The notes below the pieces were generated by a model, which did no database searches, was not told the origin of the DNA, and saw only the letters and a list, made by a program, of their open reading frames with translations. A DNA stretch of 64,000 nt from an uncultured Thermoplasmatales archaeon (lineage in GTDB: Archaea; Thermoplasmatota; E2; DHVEG-1): positions 6,622 to 70,621 of the forward strand of contig CAZGOD010000007.1 of assembly GCA_964527715.1 (NCBI GenBank), in the 5' to 3' direction. The stretch's first letter is position 1; every line of letters begins with the position of its first letter. A program made the position numbers and the translations under genes. Shown in pieces: positions 28,407 to 39,637 of the stretch.

Positions 28407-29573
28407 TTATCTCAGTAGGCTCCCTGCGATGACCATGCGTTGTACTTCAGAGGTGCCCTCATATATCTCAGTGATTTTTGCATCGCGGAATAGCCTTTCA
28501 ACTGTGTATTCTTTTGTGTAACCGTATCCACCATGGATTTGTACAGCTTTAATTGCTGTTTCCATCGCGGTTTCAGATGCAAGTAGTTTAGCCATAGCTG
28601 CTTCTTTGCTGATTCTTTCACCGAGGTCTTTTTTGTATGCAGCGTTGTAAACTAGGTATCGTGAGGCTTCTATTCTTGTAGCCATGTCAGCTATCATCCA
28701 TTGTATTGCCTGGAACTTAGATATTGGTCTTCCAAATTGTTGTCTTTGTTTTGAGTATTCTATGCTTTCATCGAGACAGGCTTGTGCGATACCTACTGCT
28801 TGTGCGGCTATGCCAATTCTTCCAACGTCAAGGGCGCTAAGAGCTATTTTGAATCCCTCTCCTTCTTTACCAAGCAGGTTCTCTTTAGGGACCTCCATGT
28901 CTTCAAAAACAAGTTCAGCTACATGGTTTGCATTGATGCCCATTTTATCATAAATGCTGCCAACCTTAAATCCTTTCATATCATTTTCAACGATAAATGC
29001 GCTAATGCCTTTTGATCCAGCGCTCTTATCTGTCACAGCAAATACGATTATAACCCCTGCTTTGCCGCCACTAGTAATAAAACATTTATCACCATTGATA
29101 ATGTATTTGTCACCCTTAAGCTTAGCAGTCGTCTGCATTGCTCCAAGATCAGAACCTGCATTAGGCTCAGTACCAGCAAAAGCACCGATTTTTTTCCCGC
29201 TAGCCAGTAGTGGTAGATACTTTTTCTTTTGTTCTTCTGTGCCAAAATGCATTATAGGCCAACTAACAAGAGAGTTATGCACAGAGGTTATAACCCCTGT
29301 TGATGCGCATTTTCGCGATATCTCCTCAATTATCGTCGCGTAGCTGATTGTATCGAGACCGGCTCCGCCATACTCTGTTGGTATGGTAGCTCCAAGAAGT
29401 CCGAGTTTTGCCATCTTTTCAAGAGTTTTAGTAGGATACTCCGCCTTTTTGTCTAGGTCTGCAGCTATAGGCGCTATTTCTTTTTCTGCGAATTCTCGTA
29501 CCATTTTTTGTATCATTTTTTGTTGTTCACTTAGCTCTAATTTCATGGGGGTTGGAATAAAATTATTGGACAT
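28407..29573 (-). CDS. Butyryl-CoA-type acyl-CoA dehydrogenase
   Basis: TEPNAGSD, GRIGIAAQAVG, QIHGGYGY, IYEGTSEVQR; heads the ligase-etf operon. Confidence 0.92.
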   Translation of the reverse strand: MSNNFIPTPMKLELSEQQKMIQKMVREFAEKEIAPIAADLDKKAEYPTKTLEKMAKLGLLGATIPTEYGGAGLDTISYATIIEEISRKCASTGVITSVHNSLVSWPIMHFGTEEQKKKYLPLLASGKKIGAFAGTEPNAGSDLGAMQTTAKLKGDKYIINGDKCFITSGGKAGVIIVFAVTDKSAGSKGISAFIVENDMKGFKVGSIYDKMGINANHVAELVFEDMEVPKENLLGKEGEGFKIALSALDVGRIGIAAQAVGIAQACLDESIEYSKQRQQFGRPISKFQAIQWMIADMATRIEASRYLVYNAAYKKDLGERISKEAAMAKLLASETAMETAIKAVQIHGGYGYTKEYTVERLFRDAKITEIYEGTSEVQRMVIAGSLLR

Positions 29574-29639
29574 AAAGGTTTCTATATCCTATGAAAAGAA
29601 ATATAATAGTCTATATAATTCAGGGACGGGGAGATTCAT

Positions 29640-30158
29640 TTGGAAAAAGGTATAGTTCATGTTTATACGGGTCCGGGTAAAGGTAAAACAACAGCTGCGT
29701 TAGGATTGGGATTACGGGCAGTTGGGGCAGGTTTCAAAGTTCATATGATTCAGTTTATGAAAGGGCGGAGATATAGTGAGATTGATGCTATTGAAAACAT
29801 TTCTAATTTTACTATTTCTCAGCATGGTCGTGATGAGTTTGTTTCTAAAAAGAATCCTGAGCAGGTTGATATTGATTTTGCGAGAGAAGGGTTTGAGCAT
29901 GCTAGGAAACTTGTGAAAGATGGTAAATATGATATGATAATATTGGATGAGGTTAATGTTGCTGTTGATTATAATTTAATCTCAGTTGATGATGTTTTGA
30001 AGCTTATTGAGGAAAAACCAGAAAAACTTGAACTTGTATTAACAGGTAGAGATGCTCATCCTGAAATAGTTAAAATAGCTGATCTTGTAACTGAGATGCT
30101 TGAGATAAAACACCCGTATCAACAAGGTGTAGTAGCTCGTAAAGGTATTGATTTCTAA
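29640..30158 (+). CDS. cobO: Cob(I)alamin adenosyltransferase (CobA/CobO/BtuR type)
   Basis: [30 protein letters not shown]...ARKGIDF. Confidence 0.93.
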   Translation: MEKGIVHVYTGPGKGKTTAALGLGLRAVGAGFKVHMIQFMKGRRYSEIDAIENISNFTISQHGRDEFVSKKNPEQVDIDFAREGFEHARKLVKDGKYDMIILDEVNVAVDYNLISVDDVLKLIEEKPEKLELVLTGRDAHPEIVKIADLVTEMLEIKHPYQQGVVARKGIDF

Positions 30159-30169
30159 TCTGGGGGGCT

Positions 30170-31852
30170 TTGGTTATGTTTGATAAAAAAGAATTGGAAA
30201 AAATCAAACACGGTAGAAAAGACTGGGAGAAAAACTGTTATTTGCCTCATAAAAAGAGACATCCTGAACGAAGTAAAAAGTTTGAGAATTTATCATGGAA
30301 TGAAATCAAAAATCTTTATACTCCGGGTGATATTGCTCATTTAGATTATATTAAAGATATAGGTTTTCCTGGGGAATATCCCTATCTGCGGGGTATTCAT
30401 CCAACTAAGTACCGGGGTCGTCTTTGGACTTTTCGTCAGTTCTCGGGTTTTGGGTCTGCTGAGGAGACTAACAGACGATATAAGTATTTACTGGGTCATG
30501 GTGAGACGGGTCTTAGTGTAGCATTTGATTATCCAACGCTTTATGGCTATGACGCTGATCATCCTCTTGCTCGTGGTGAGTTTGGGAAGTGTGGTGTAGC
30601 TGTTTCCTCTCTTAAAGATATGGAGATATTGTTTAGCGAGATCCCAATTGATAAGGTTACAACATCTATGACGATTAATGGTCCTGCTGCAATTGTTTGG
30701 GCTTTTTATATTGCAAATGCAGAGAACCGTAAGATTGATAGGCGTATTATTGGTGGAACTATTCAGAATGATATTTTAAAGGAGTATATTGCTCAAAAAT
30801 CCTTTATTTTTCCACCTGAGCCTAGTATGCGTTTAATTGTTGACACATTTGAGTTCGGTTATAAAGAGGTCCCACGTTGGAATACAATTAGTATCAGTGG
30901 TTATCATATCCGTGAGGCTGGGTCTACTGCGGTTCAAGAACTTGCATTTACTGTTGGTGATGGTGTAGAGTATGTAAAATGGGCGATGAAACGTGGTCTT
31001 AATATCGATGATTTTGCTTCTCGTCTTAGTTTCTTTTTTAATGCTCATAATGATTTCTTTGAAGAAATTGCTAAGTACCGTGCTGCTAGACGTATTTGGG
31101 CTAAGGAGTTAAAAAAACTTGGTGCTAAAAAACCTCGTTCTCTTCTTATGAGGTTTCATACTCAGACTGCTGGTTGTAGTCTTACTGCTCAGCAGCCTGA
31201 GATTAATATTACTCGTGTAACTCTTCAGGCTCTTGCTGCTGTTCTTGGTGGTACTCAATCACTTCATACTAACTCAATGGATGAAGCGTTGGCTCTTCCA
31301 TCTGAAAAAGCTGTTAGAATTGCTCTTAGAACTCAACAAATTATTGCCGAGGAGAGTGGTGTTACTGGCACAGTTGATCCACTTGGCGGAAGTTATTATA
31401 TAGAATGGTTAACAGATAAAATGGAAGAAGAGACCTATCAATACTGGGATAGAGTGGAAAAACTTGGAGGTGTGCTCCCAGCGCTTGAAAAAGGATTTTA
31501 TCAGCGTGAAATAGCTGAGGCTGCTTACAGGTATCAAAAAGAAATTGATGAAAATAAAAGAATAATTGTTGGTGTGAATGATTACAAGATGGATGAGCCA
31601 ATTGAAATTCCGATTCTTAAAATGGATGAAAAAGGAGAGGAACGTCAGATTAATCGTTTGAAAAAACTTAGAAAAGATCGGAATAATACAAAGGTTGAGA
31701 AGAATTTAAATGCTCTTAGAAAAGCAGCTAAGAGTGAGGCTAATTTGATGCCTTTTATTCTCGACTGTGTTCATTCTTATGCAACTCTTGGTGAGACTTG
31801 TCAAGTTTTAAGGGATGTTTTTGGAGAATATGTTGAACCTGCGATTTATTAG
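30170..31852 (+). CDS. icmA: Acyl-CoA mutase large subunit, isobutyryl-CoA-mutase type
   Basis: MCM-family motifs present. RQFSGFG (Phe) and KEYIAQK (Gln) occupy the positions that are Tyr89 and Arg207 in methylmalonyl-CoA mutase. Confidence 0.8.
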   Translation: MVMFDKKELEKIKHGRKDWEKNCYLPHKKRHPERSKKFENLSWNEIKNLYTPGDIAHLDYIKDIGFPGEYPYLRGIHPTKYRGRLWTFRQFSGFGSAEETNRRYKYLLGHGETGLSVAFDYPTLYGYDADHPLARGEFGKCGVAVSSLKDMEILFSEIPIDKVTTSMTINGPAAIVWAFYIANAENRKIDRRIIGGTIQNDILKEYIAQKSFIFPPEPSMRLIVDTFEFGYKEVPRWNTISISGYHIREAGSTAVQELAFTVGDGVEYVKWAMKRGLNIDDFASRLSFFFNAHNDFFEEIAKYRAARRIWAKELKKLGAKKPRSLLMRFHTQTAGCSLTAQQPEINITRVTLQALAAVLGGTQSLHTNSMDEALALPSEKAVRIALRTQQIIAEESGVTGTVDPLGGSYYIEWLTDKMEEETYQYWDRVEKLGGVLPALEKGFYQREIAEAAYRYQKEIDENKRIIVGVNDYKMDEPIEIPILKMDEKGEERQINRLKKLRKDRNNTKVEKNLNALRKAAKSEANLMPFILDCVHSYATLGETCQVLRDVFGEYVEPAIY

Positions 31853-31863
31853 GAGGATAAAAT

Positions 31864-32259
31864 ATGGAAAGAAGAATTAGAGTCTTGGTTGCGAAACCTG
31901 GTCTTGATGGTCACGATCGTGGTGCTAAGATTGTTGCACGTGCTCTTCGTGATGCTGGTATGGAGGTAATTTATACTGGTTTGCATCAGACTGCTGAGAT
32001 GATTGTTGAGACCGCTATTCAAGAAGATGTTGATGTTGTTGGGTTGAGTCTTTTATCTGGTGCACATATGACTTTGTTTATTGATGTTACTAAACTTTTG
32101 AAAGAGAAAGGAATGGAAGATGTGCTGGTTGTTGGTGGTGGAATTATACCTGAGGAGGATGCTCCCAAGTTGAAGAAAGCAGGTGTTGCTGGTGTTTTTG
32201 GGCCAGGTACTCATTGTGGGGATATTGTTGATTTTATTAAGAAGAATGTGAAACGATGA
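31864..32259 (+). CDS. icmB: Acyl-CoA mutase cobalamin-binding small subunit
   Basis: [10 protein letters not shown] (DxHxxG), SLLSGAH, GGIIP. Confidence 0.88.
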   Translation: MERRIRVLVAKPGLDGHDRGAKIVARALRDAGMEVIYTGLHQTAEMIVETAIQEDVDVVGLSLLSGAHMTLFIDVTKLLKEKGMEDVLVVGGGIIPEEDAPKLKKAGVAGVFGPGTHCGDIVDFIKKNVKR

Positions 32260-33197
32260 AGGATATCTCGTCAAAGGTTTTAGAGGGTGACCCGCGAGCT
32301 ATTGCTCGTTTGATCACTCTTGCGGAGAATAATGATCCAGTTGCTGCTAGTGCGATGAAGGATATACATCCTCATACAGGTCATGCACATGTTATTGGTA
32401 TAACTGGTGTTATGGGATCTGGTAAAAGCACTCTTATTAGTGAGCTCACCCGGGTTTATCGTAAACAGGGTAAAAAAGTGGGTATTGTCGCTATTGATCC
32501 GACTAGTCCTTTTAGCGGTGGTGCATTACTTGGTGATCGTATTCGTATGATGGAGCTTGCTATGGATGAGGGTGTTTTTATTCGTAGTCTGGGGACTCGT
32601 GGTATGCTTGGTGGTCTTGCTAGTGCGGTTTATGATGTTGTAGAAATTTTTGATGCATCTGGTAAAGATGTGATATTTGTTGAAACAGTTGGTGTTGGGC
32701 AGGCTGAGGTTGATATTATTAAAATAGCTGATACTACTCTTGTTGTTATGGTCCCTGGTCTTGGTGATTCTATTCAGACTTTGAAGGCAGGTATTATGGA
32801 GATCGCGGATATCTATGTGGTAAATAAGGCTGATCGTGAGGGTGTTGAGCAGACCATGGCTGAGGTTCAAAGTCTTGTTGATATTTCTTGTTCTGATAAG
32901 GCGCGTAAGATTCCTATTCTTCAGACTGTGTCTAAGGAAAAAAAAGGTATTGTTGAGTTAGTTGATGAAATTGAAAAACATAAGAAACTTTTAGAGAAAA
33001 CAAAAAAGTTTGAGGCTCATCGTCGTATTCGTTACGAGGCAGAGCTTGTTGAAATTATTCGTAAAAGGTTGATGAATCTTGTTTTTGATGAGTCAAAGTT
33101 TAAAGATAAAGTTGAATCTCTTATTGATAAGATAAGTTGTAAAGAAGTTGATCCTTATACCGCGGCTGATGAAATACTTGGAAAAATTTTGAAATAA
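32256..33197 (+). CDS. meaB: Mutase-associated GTPase chaperone (MeaB/ArgK family)
   Basis: [35 protein letters not shown]. Confidence 0.92.
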   Translation: MKDISSKVLEGDPRAIARLITLAENNDPVAASAMKDIHPHTGHAHVIGITGVMGSGKSTLISELTRVYRKQGKKVGIVAIDPTSPFSGGALLGDRIRMMELAMDEGVFIRSLGTRGMLGGLASAVYDVVEIFDASGKDVIFVETVGVGQAEVDIIKIADTTLVVMVPGLGDSIQTLKAGIMEIADIYVVNKADREGVEQTMAEVQSLVDISCSDKARKIPILQTVSKEKKGIVELVDEIEKHKKLLEKTKKFEAHRRIRYEAELVEIIRKRLMNLVFDESKFKDKVESLIDKISCKEVDPYTAADEILGKILK

Positions 33198-33213
33198 AAA
33201 ATTTTAATTTTGG

Positions 33214-33993
33214 TTATTTCCCCTTAAAATTTGGTTTACGTTTCTCAAGGAAGGCTTTCATTCCTTCTTTCTGATCATGAGTAGAAAAACTAGATGAGAA
33301 GCAGGAAATCTCTAGAGAATTAGCACTATTAAGATCAGTATCTACTCCCTTGTTTACAAGCTCTTTGATAAAAGCCGTCTGAACAGATGATTTACCCGCT
33401 ATTTTATTAGCGAGTTTTTCAACCTCTTCTATTAATTTGTCATCCTCAACAACTAGGTTTACAAGGCCGATACTTAGTGCTTCATCTGCAGATAAATTCC
33501 GGCCAGTTAATAACAGTTCTTTTGCTTTCATCCTACCAACTAGACGAGGGAGTCTCTGTGTACCCCCAAAGCCAGGGTGAATGCCAAGATTAATCTCCGG
33601 TTGACCAATTTTAGCATTCTTTCCAGCAATAACAATATCACAAGCCATAAGGGTTTCACATCCACCACCTAAAGCGTAACCATTTACCGCAGCGATAAAA
33701 GGTAGATGAGAGTTTTCAATTTTATAAAGCATGTTATGTCCTAGTTCTGAGAATTTTTTTGCTTCAGATGGTGTCATATCTACCATAGCACTAATATCTG
33801 CACCAGCAATGAATGCCTTCCCTTCTCCTGTTAAAATTGCAACTCTGATTTTTTTGTCTTGTTCAAGTTCACGAACCGCATCTGTAACTTCCTTTACTGT
33901 CTCGATATTTAATGCATTTAGAGCTTTGGGTCTATTAATCTTTATAATGCCAACTGCGTCTTTTTTTTCAACAGTGATATTCTCGTAGCTCAT
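33214..33993 (-). CDS. crt: Crotonase (short-chain enoyl-CoA hydratase)
   Basis: AFIAGADI, GYALGGGCE, GQPEINLGI.PGFGGTQRLPRLVG. Confidence 0.9.
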   Translation of the reverse strand: MSYENITVEKKDAVGIIKINRPKALNALNIETVKEVTDAVRELEQDKKIRVAILTGEGKAFIAGADISAMVDMTPSEAKKFSELGHNMLYKIENSHLPFIAAVNGYALGGGCETLMACDIVIAGKNAKIGQPEINLGIHPGFGGTQRLPRLVGRMKAKELLLTGRNLSADEALSIGLVNLVVEDDKLIEEVEKLANKIAGKSSVQTAFIKELVNKGVDTDLNSANSLEISCFSSSFSTHDQKEGMKAFLEKRKPNFKGK

Positions 33994-34001
33994 AATTCCA
34001 C

Positions 34002-34856
34002 CTACTTAGAATAGTCATAAAACCCTTTACCTGTTTTTCTACCAAGATGACCCGCCTGAACCATTTTCTTTAACAATGGGCAAGGCCGGTACTTGGAGTC
34101 ATTAAAACCTTCGTACAAAACTGTCATAATGTTCAACACTACATCCAGGCCGATGAGATCAGCGAGAGCTAGGGGCCCCATTGGATGGTTCATACCAAGT
34201 TTCATCACATTGTCAATGTTTTCGGGGGTACCTATGCCTTCCATATAGCAATATACTGCTTCGTTTATCATTGGCATAAGAAGCCTGTTTGATACAAAAC
34301 CAGGGCCATCATTAACTTCAACGGGCATCTTGCCCATTTTTTCGGATAAATTATGGATGATTTTAGTTGTTGCATCGTCAGTTCGAAGACCACGAATAAC
34401 CTCGACTAGTTTCATTAGTGGTACTGGATTCATGAAATGCATACCAATGAATTTTTCAGGGCGATTTGTAACAGAGGCTAGGTCTGTAATAGGGATAGTG
34501 CTGGTGTTGGAAGCAAGAATACAATCTTTTTTGCAGATTTTATCAAGTTCTTTAAAAAGTTCTTTTTTAACTTTTACGTTTTCAAAAATTGCCTCAATTA
34601 CAAGGTCGGCATCTTTCATATCCTCAAGTTTTGTAGTACCTTTAATCTTGGACGTGATCTTTTTTTTATCAGCTTCAGTAATCTTTCCTTTCTCTATACT
34701 TTTACTTAAAAACTTATCAATTTTAGCTATTCCTTTTTTCACGTATTCCTCTTCTATATCTTGGAGTGTTACATCAAAACCTGCTTGGGCAGAGACCAGT
34801 GCTATACCATGCCCCATTTGACCAGCGCCAATAACACCTATTTTTTTAACAGTCAT
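34002..34856 (-). CDS. hbd: 3-hydroxybutyryl-CoA dehydrogenase
   Basis: [45 protein letters not shown]. Confidence 0.93.
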   Translation of the reverse strand: MTVKKIGVIGAGQMGHGIALVSAQAGFDVTLQDIEEEYVKKGIAKIDKFLSKSIEKGKITEADKKKITSKIKGTTKLEDMKDADLVIEAIFENVKVKKELFKELDKICKKDCILASNTSTIPITDLASVTNRPEKFIGMHFMNPVPLMKLVEVIRGLRTDDATTKIIHNLSEKMGKMPVEVNDGPGFVSNRLLMPMINEAVYCYMEGIGTPENIDNVMKLGMNHPMGPLALADLIGLDVVLNIMTVLYEGFNDSKYRPCPLLKKMVQAGHLGRKTGKGFYDYSK

Positions 34857-34863
34857 ATTTTTT

Positions 34864-36042
34864 TCACCTCTCAATAATCATTTGAACAGCGTTTCCCCCA
34901 CCAAGACAAATGGTTGCAAGACCTCGGTGTTTTTTATACTGTTTCATCGCATGCATTAGTGTTATAAGTATCCTTGAGCCACTGGATCCGATTGGGTGAC
35001 CAATTGCAACAGCGCCACCGTGTACGTTGAACTTTTCTCTTGGTATGTTGAATTCTTTCATTACAGCTACAGAGGCAGAAGAAAATGCTTCGTTATGTTC
35101 TACTAGGTCAATATCATCTATTGAGAATTTGTTATCTTTAAGGATGGCTTTTATCCCTGGAATCGGTGCACCCATTACATATGATGGTTCAACACCACTC
35201 GTGTTATATGATTTAATAGTCGCAAGTGGTTCGACACCGATTTTATCAGCTTTTTCTTTACTCATAACTACTACAGCAGAGGAACCATCTGTTATCTGTG
35301 AGGCGTTACCTGCAGTTACAACCCCGTCTTTTCTGAAAAATGGTGGAAGCTTTGCAAGTTTCTCTAAAGTTGTATCGCCTCTGATTCCTTCGTCTTTATC
35401 GAAAATAACTGGGTCGCCTTTTTTTTGTGGAATCTCCACTGGAATTATTTCATCTTTGGATTTACCCTCCTTAGTCGCCTTTGCAGCTTTCTGATGACTC
35501 CACAGTGCAAATTTGTCACAATCCTCTCGAGTTATTTTATGTTTCTCAGCGATAACCTCACCGGTGTTTCCCATATGGTAATCATTGTAGACGTCCCATA
35601 AACCATCACGAACCATTAAATCAACAAGTTTACCATCGAAAAGCCGATATCCATAACGTGCTTTATCCAATGCATAAGGACAGTTGCTCATACTTTCCAT
35701 GCCACCAGCTACGATAACATCTGCATCACTACATTTTATCGCCTGAGCAGCTAGTACAACTGCTTTAAGACCAGATCCACAAACTTTGTCAATATGAAGA
35801 GCTCCAACCTCATATGGGATACCAGCAGCAATAGCTGCTTGACGGGCAACGTTCTGTCCTAGACCTGCAGGAACAACATTACCCATGATTACTTCGTCGA
35901 CATCTTTTGGTTTCAAGCCAACTCTCTTTATGGCCTCCTTGATTACAATTCCGCCAAGTTGCGGAGCTGAAAAACTTTTAAGCGCACCAGCAAACTTTCC
36001 TTGTGCTGTTCTAACACCGGATACTATTACAACGTCTTTCAT
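34864..36042 (-). CDS. thlA: Acetyl-CoA acetyltransferase (bacterial-type thiolase)
   Basis: VCGSG, NEAF, GHPIG, CLGGG. Start placed at MKDVVIV after GGAGG. Confidence 0.92.
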   Translation of the reverse strand: MKDVVIVSGVRTAQGKFAGALKSFSAPQLGGIVIKEAIKRVGLKPKDVDEVIMGNVVPAGLGQNVARQAAIAAGIPYEVGALHIDKVCGSGLKAVVLAAQAIKCSDADVIVAGGMESMSNCPYALDKARYGYRLFDGKLVDLMVRDGLWDVYNDYHMGNTGEVIAEKHKITREDCDKFALWSHQKAAKATKEGKSKDEIIPVEIPQKKGDPVIFDKDEGIRGDTTLEKLAKLPPFFRKDGVVTAGNASQITDGSSAVVVMSKEKADKIGVEPLATIKSYNTSGVEPSYVMGAPIPGIKAILKDNKFSIDDIDLVEHNEAFSSASVAVMKEFNIPREKFNVHGGAVAIGHPIGSSGSRILITLMHAMKQYKKHRGLATICLGGGNAVQMIIER

Positions 36043-36146
36043 CGAGTTATGCCTCCTCCAAATAATAGAATGTAGTCTCTGCAATAAAATCTGGGCTTAA
36101 AATATTTTTCCAAATAAAAACTACAAAAGAAAAAAAGTATTATTTT

Positions 36147-37478
36147 TTAAGTCCATCTTTCTCTCTGCGGCCAGGGTTTCCAAAGATTAAAATTGGGTTT
36201 TACTATAAATATATCCATTTCATCGTAGGCAGTTGTACCATTTTTTGTTAACACGTGAACCTCAAGTGTTTTTTTACCGATTAAAGAATCATAAAAACCA
36301 CTTATTTTAAACTCATAAGGTGGTTCGTTATTGCTGAAAGGCATATAATTGCCATTAATTGCATAAGCAACACTTAGTATTTCTTCATTGGTTGTTATAT
36401 TGATTTCAACTGTTGCAGTTCCAAGAATATAAGTAATTCCTCTTTTTCCAGTTCTCCAGATATTTGATAATCCTGGGAAAGTTAACAGTTTATGATTTAA
36501 AATATATAAACTATTCTCATATGGCCTTGTTATTCTTACTTGTAGATCAATAGTTTTGTTGCCAAGTTCAGCAGTCAATGTAAGCAGAAACTTTGTAGTA
36601 TTTATGAGATAAGAGTAGTTAATATTGTCTATGGTGTCTCTAGGGGTATGTATATATGGGGAAAAACCGGATTCACCAAAAAAACAGGTATCATAGCCAA
36701 AATCCAAAAATGATTCAGTATCACATGTTACATGGGGTAATGATTTAGTTTTTATGTTTAGATGTTCGCTATATTTTTCGCTGATGTTTTCACAAATGGG
36801 TATTAGCCAGTTTGTACGATATGGTGTGTACATGTTGATGTATTTTCCATCTGATGAGCTGTTTGCGTAGCCAATTGTGTCTATTATTAGTGAGGTTATG
36901 ATGTTTTCATTTCTTTTGTAGGCGTTTTTCGCATAGTCATAGCTACCATAGGTCCCTACTTCTTCTCCTGAGACAGCGACAAATTTGATGGTATGTTTTA
37001 GATTATGTTTGCTGAGAATATTTGCAATTGCGAGCATAGCTGCTATACCAGAGCCATCATCATTTGCACCTACTGAATACTCTCTATATATTCTATAAGT
37101 TATAGTATCATAATGAGCGCAAAGTACTATTACTGCATCGCTATCAGGGTCAGAGCCATTTAATGTTGCTACAACATTTTGGCATTTATATCGAAGGTAT
37201 CTCCATGGTTCTATTTTTGCGTCTAATCCTATTTTTTTGAATTCGTCAAAAATATAATTGGCAGCTTTTTTACAGTTTTTATTTCCAGTATAGCGAGATC
37301 CAATATCCACTAAACCTTTGAGATAGTGGTGAATAAGAGATTGATTAACTTGGTTGATCATATTAATGATATCACTTTCAAAATTTGTAACTATTGGGTT
37401 CTCATTCTCGTTCATAGCAGATACTGCAGGTAAAACTAATAGCGCGCATATTAAAAATCCAATTATCTTTGTTTTCAT
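36147..37478 (-). CDS. Secreted M28 family peptidase
   Basis: Signal peptide, AHYD, GANDDGSG, GEEVG, IHT..D. Confidence 0.88.
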   Translation of the reverse strand: MKTKIIGFLICALLVLPAVSAMNENENPIVTNFESDIINMINQVNQSLIHHYLKGLVDIGSRYTGNKNCKKAANYIFDEFKKIGLDAKIEPWRYLRYKCQNVVATLNGSDPDSDAVIVLCAHYDTITYRIYREYSVGANDDGSGIAAMLAIANILSKHNLKHTIKFVAVSGEEVGTYGSYDYAKNAYKRNENIITSLIIDTIGYANSSSDGKYINMYTPYRTNWLIPICENISEKYSEHLNIKTKSLPHVTCDTESFLDFGYDTCFFGESGFSPYIHTPRDTIDNINYSYLINTTKFLLTLTAELGNKTIDLQVRITRPYENSLYILNHKLLTFPGLSNIWRTGKRGITYILGTATVEINITTNEEILSVAYAINGNYMPFSNNEPPYEFKISGFYDSLIGKKTLEVHVLTKNGTTAYDEMDIFIVKPNFNLWKPWPQRERWT

Positions 37479-38503
37479 TTTCTTTACCTCCTTATATTAA
37501 ACTTAATATGAATATATCCATTTCATCATAAGCGGTTTTACCACTTTTTGAAATTACATATACTCCAAGTTTGTGTTTTCCTCTTAGCGGGTAAAACCCT
37601 CTTTTTAATCTCCAACTTTCCGTACGACCTTTAGAAAATCCTTCAGCCATTCCATCTATACAAAACCAAACTTGGTCAATCTCTTCATTTGAGGAAATAT
37701 TTATTCTAACTATAGCTCTTCCGATTACATATGTCATACCTCTAAGACCTGTATCTAAAATGTTGAAACCAGGAAGTTTAACTATAGGAATATCAAAAAA
37801 ATATACACGTTTCTCTAGAGGCGTAACAATTCTTACTTGAACATCAATATTTTTATTTGCAATCGTGGCAGATATTGCAATTAATAACTTTGATGCATTT
37901 ATAAAATAGGATTTGTTAATTTTATCAATTGTGTCCCCTGGCTTATGAAGCCAAGGGTATAGAATCGAGTTTTCATGAGAATATAGCACGGCATCAAAAC
38001 CATAATCAATAAATGGTTGATGGTCACAAGTTGGAAAATTTGGGAGAATCTTAAAACTTAAATTTAAATTACTATGTTCCTTTGACAGATTTTTTGACAA
38101 ATCATATATCCATTTGCTTCGATCTGGAACAATCATCTGTAAAAATTTTTCATTAATGGAGGTATCAGTATAACCAATCATATCTATATCTAAAGCAGCT
38201 ATTATGTTTTCTCCGGTTTCATAGGCTTTTTTTACATATGCATGGGCTCCTAGGCCGCCTACTTCTTCACCTGAAAATGCGATGAATTTAATCGTGTTTT
38301 TAAATGAATATTTGCTGAAAATCTCTGCGAAAGATAATATTGCAGCAACACCGGTTCCATCGTCATTTGCACCAGGTGTGTTTTTTACTGTGTCATAATG
38401 TGCACTAAGTATTATTACTGCATCGCTATCAGGGTCAGAGCCATTTAATGTTGCTACAACATTTTGGCATTTATATCGAAGGTATCTCCATGGTTCTATT
38501 TTT
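37128..38503. repeat. 91-bp identical segment shared by the two M28 genes (37128-37218 and 38413-38503)
   Basis: Direct base-by-base comparison. Confidence 0.85.
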
Positions 38504-38787
38504 ACGTCTAAACCTATTTTTTTGAATTCATCAAAGAGGTATTCAGCGGCTTCCCTACAGTTATTAGTACCAGTATACCTTGGACCAATGTTAACTAATC
38601 CTTCTAGATATTCATATAGTAATGATTGATTTAACTGGTCTATCATTTCAGCTATATTATCTTCAAGATTTGTAGTTGATATATCTTTATTTTCTTTCGT
38701 CTCTATAGCATAAACTGTTGGGATTATTATAACAAATAAAATGAATGAAGTAAGGAATATTTCTTTTATTTTGGATTTTGGTTGCAT
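37492..38787 (-). CDS. Secreted M28 family peptidase (tandem paralog)
   Basis: Signal peptide, AHYD, GANDDGTG, GEEVG, DMIGY, CDH, LHK..D. Confidence 0.9.
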   Translation of the reverse strand: MQPKSKIKEIFLTSFILFVIIIPTVYAIETKENKDISTTNLEDNIAEMIDQLNQSLLYEYLEGLVNIGPRYTGTNNCREAAEYLFDEFKKIGLDVKIEPWRYLRYKCQNVVATLNGSDPDSDAVIILSAHYDTVKNTPGANDDGTGVAAILSFAEIFSKYSFKNTIKFIAFSGEEVGGLGAHAYVKKAYETGENIIAALDIDMIGYTDTSINEKFLQMIVPDRSKWIYDLSKNLSKEHSNLNLSFKILPNFPTCDHQPFIDYGFDAVLYSHENSILYPWLHKPGDTIDKINKSYFINASKLLIAISATIANKNIDVQVRIVTPLEKRVYFFDIPIVKLPGFNILDTGLRGMTYVIGRAIVRINISSNEEIDQVWFCIDGMAEGFSKGRTESWRLKRGFYPLRGKHKLGVYVISKSGKTAYDEMDIFILSLI

Positions 38788-38873
38788 ATCTTCCGTTATT
38801 TTATATTAACATTTATAACATAAATAATTATCGCCAATTAAATAAAAATATATGCTATTTTAATAACAAAAAA

Positions 38874-39551
38874 CTACGATTTCTGTACAGTCACTTTCAA
38901 TGAGCAGATATCATCTAGTTTTGCTTCTAAAATATCGCCTGTGGATATTTCTCCTACGCCTTCAGGAGTACCTGTCATTATCAGGTCACCTGGTTCAAGC
39001 GTCATAATCTGTGATATGAACTCTATGATTTTTTCAACTGAGAATACCATATTTTTAGTATTTGAGCTCTGCTTTAATTCCCCGTTTACTTTTAACCAGA
39101 GATTGAGATTATTTGGATTTGGTACATTTTCTTTTAAAACAACATTACTAATAGGCGCGAAAGTATCAAAACCCTTTGCAATATCCCAGGGCCAACCCAT
39201 TTTTTTTGCTTTTGACTGAACATCTCTAGCGGTAATATCAAGAGCAACTAGATATCCTAAAACATAATCCATAGCATTTTTTTTTGACACGTTTTTACAT
39301 CTTTCTCCAATAACAACCCCAAGTTCGACTTCATGATGTAAACACTTTGACATCTTTGGAATTATTATTGATTCGCCATTAAATATTACAGCGCTAGCGG
39401 GTTTAAGAAAAAGAAGCGGGTCCTCAGTAACTGTGGTTTTCATTTCCTCTGCGTGTTTTTTATAAGTCCTAGCAAGACAGATGAGTTTTCCAACAGATAA
39501 TTTTTTCTCAGGGTTATTTTTGAATTTATAGTAGATCATGACTAAGCGCAA
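38874..39551 (-). CDS. Fumarylacetoacetate hydrolase family protein
   Basis: FLKP, HHEVELG, DITARD, KGFDTF, GDLIMTGTPEGVG. Confidence 0.92.
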   Translation of the reverse strand: MRLVMIYYKFKNNPEKKLSVGKLICLARTYKKHAEEMKTTVTEDPLLFLKPASAVIFNGESIIIPKMSKCLHHEVELGVVIGERCKNVSKKNAMDYVLGYLVALDITARDVQSKAKKMGWPWDIAKGFDTFAPISNVVLKENVPNPNNLNLWLKVNGELKQSSNTKNMVFSVEKIIEFISQIMTLEPGDLIMTGTPEGVGEISTGDILEAKLDDICSLKVTVQKS

Positions 39552-39637
39552 TGGCTTTTGAAATTTAAAGATTTCATAAGAATTATTCTTACATAAATTT
39601 CTTTAATATATTGTTGTTACCCTCGTTGGGGAGTTTG

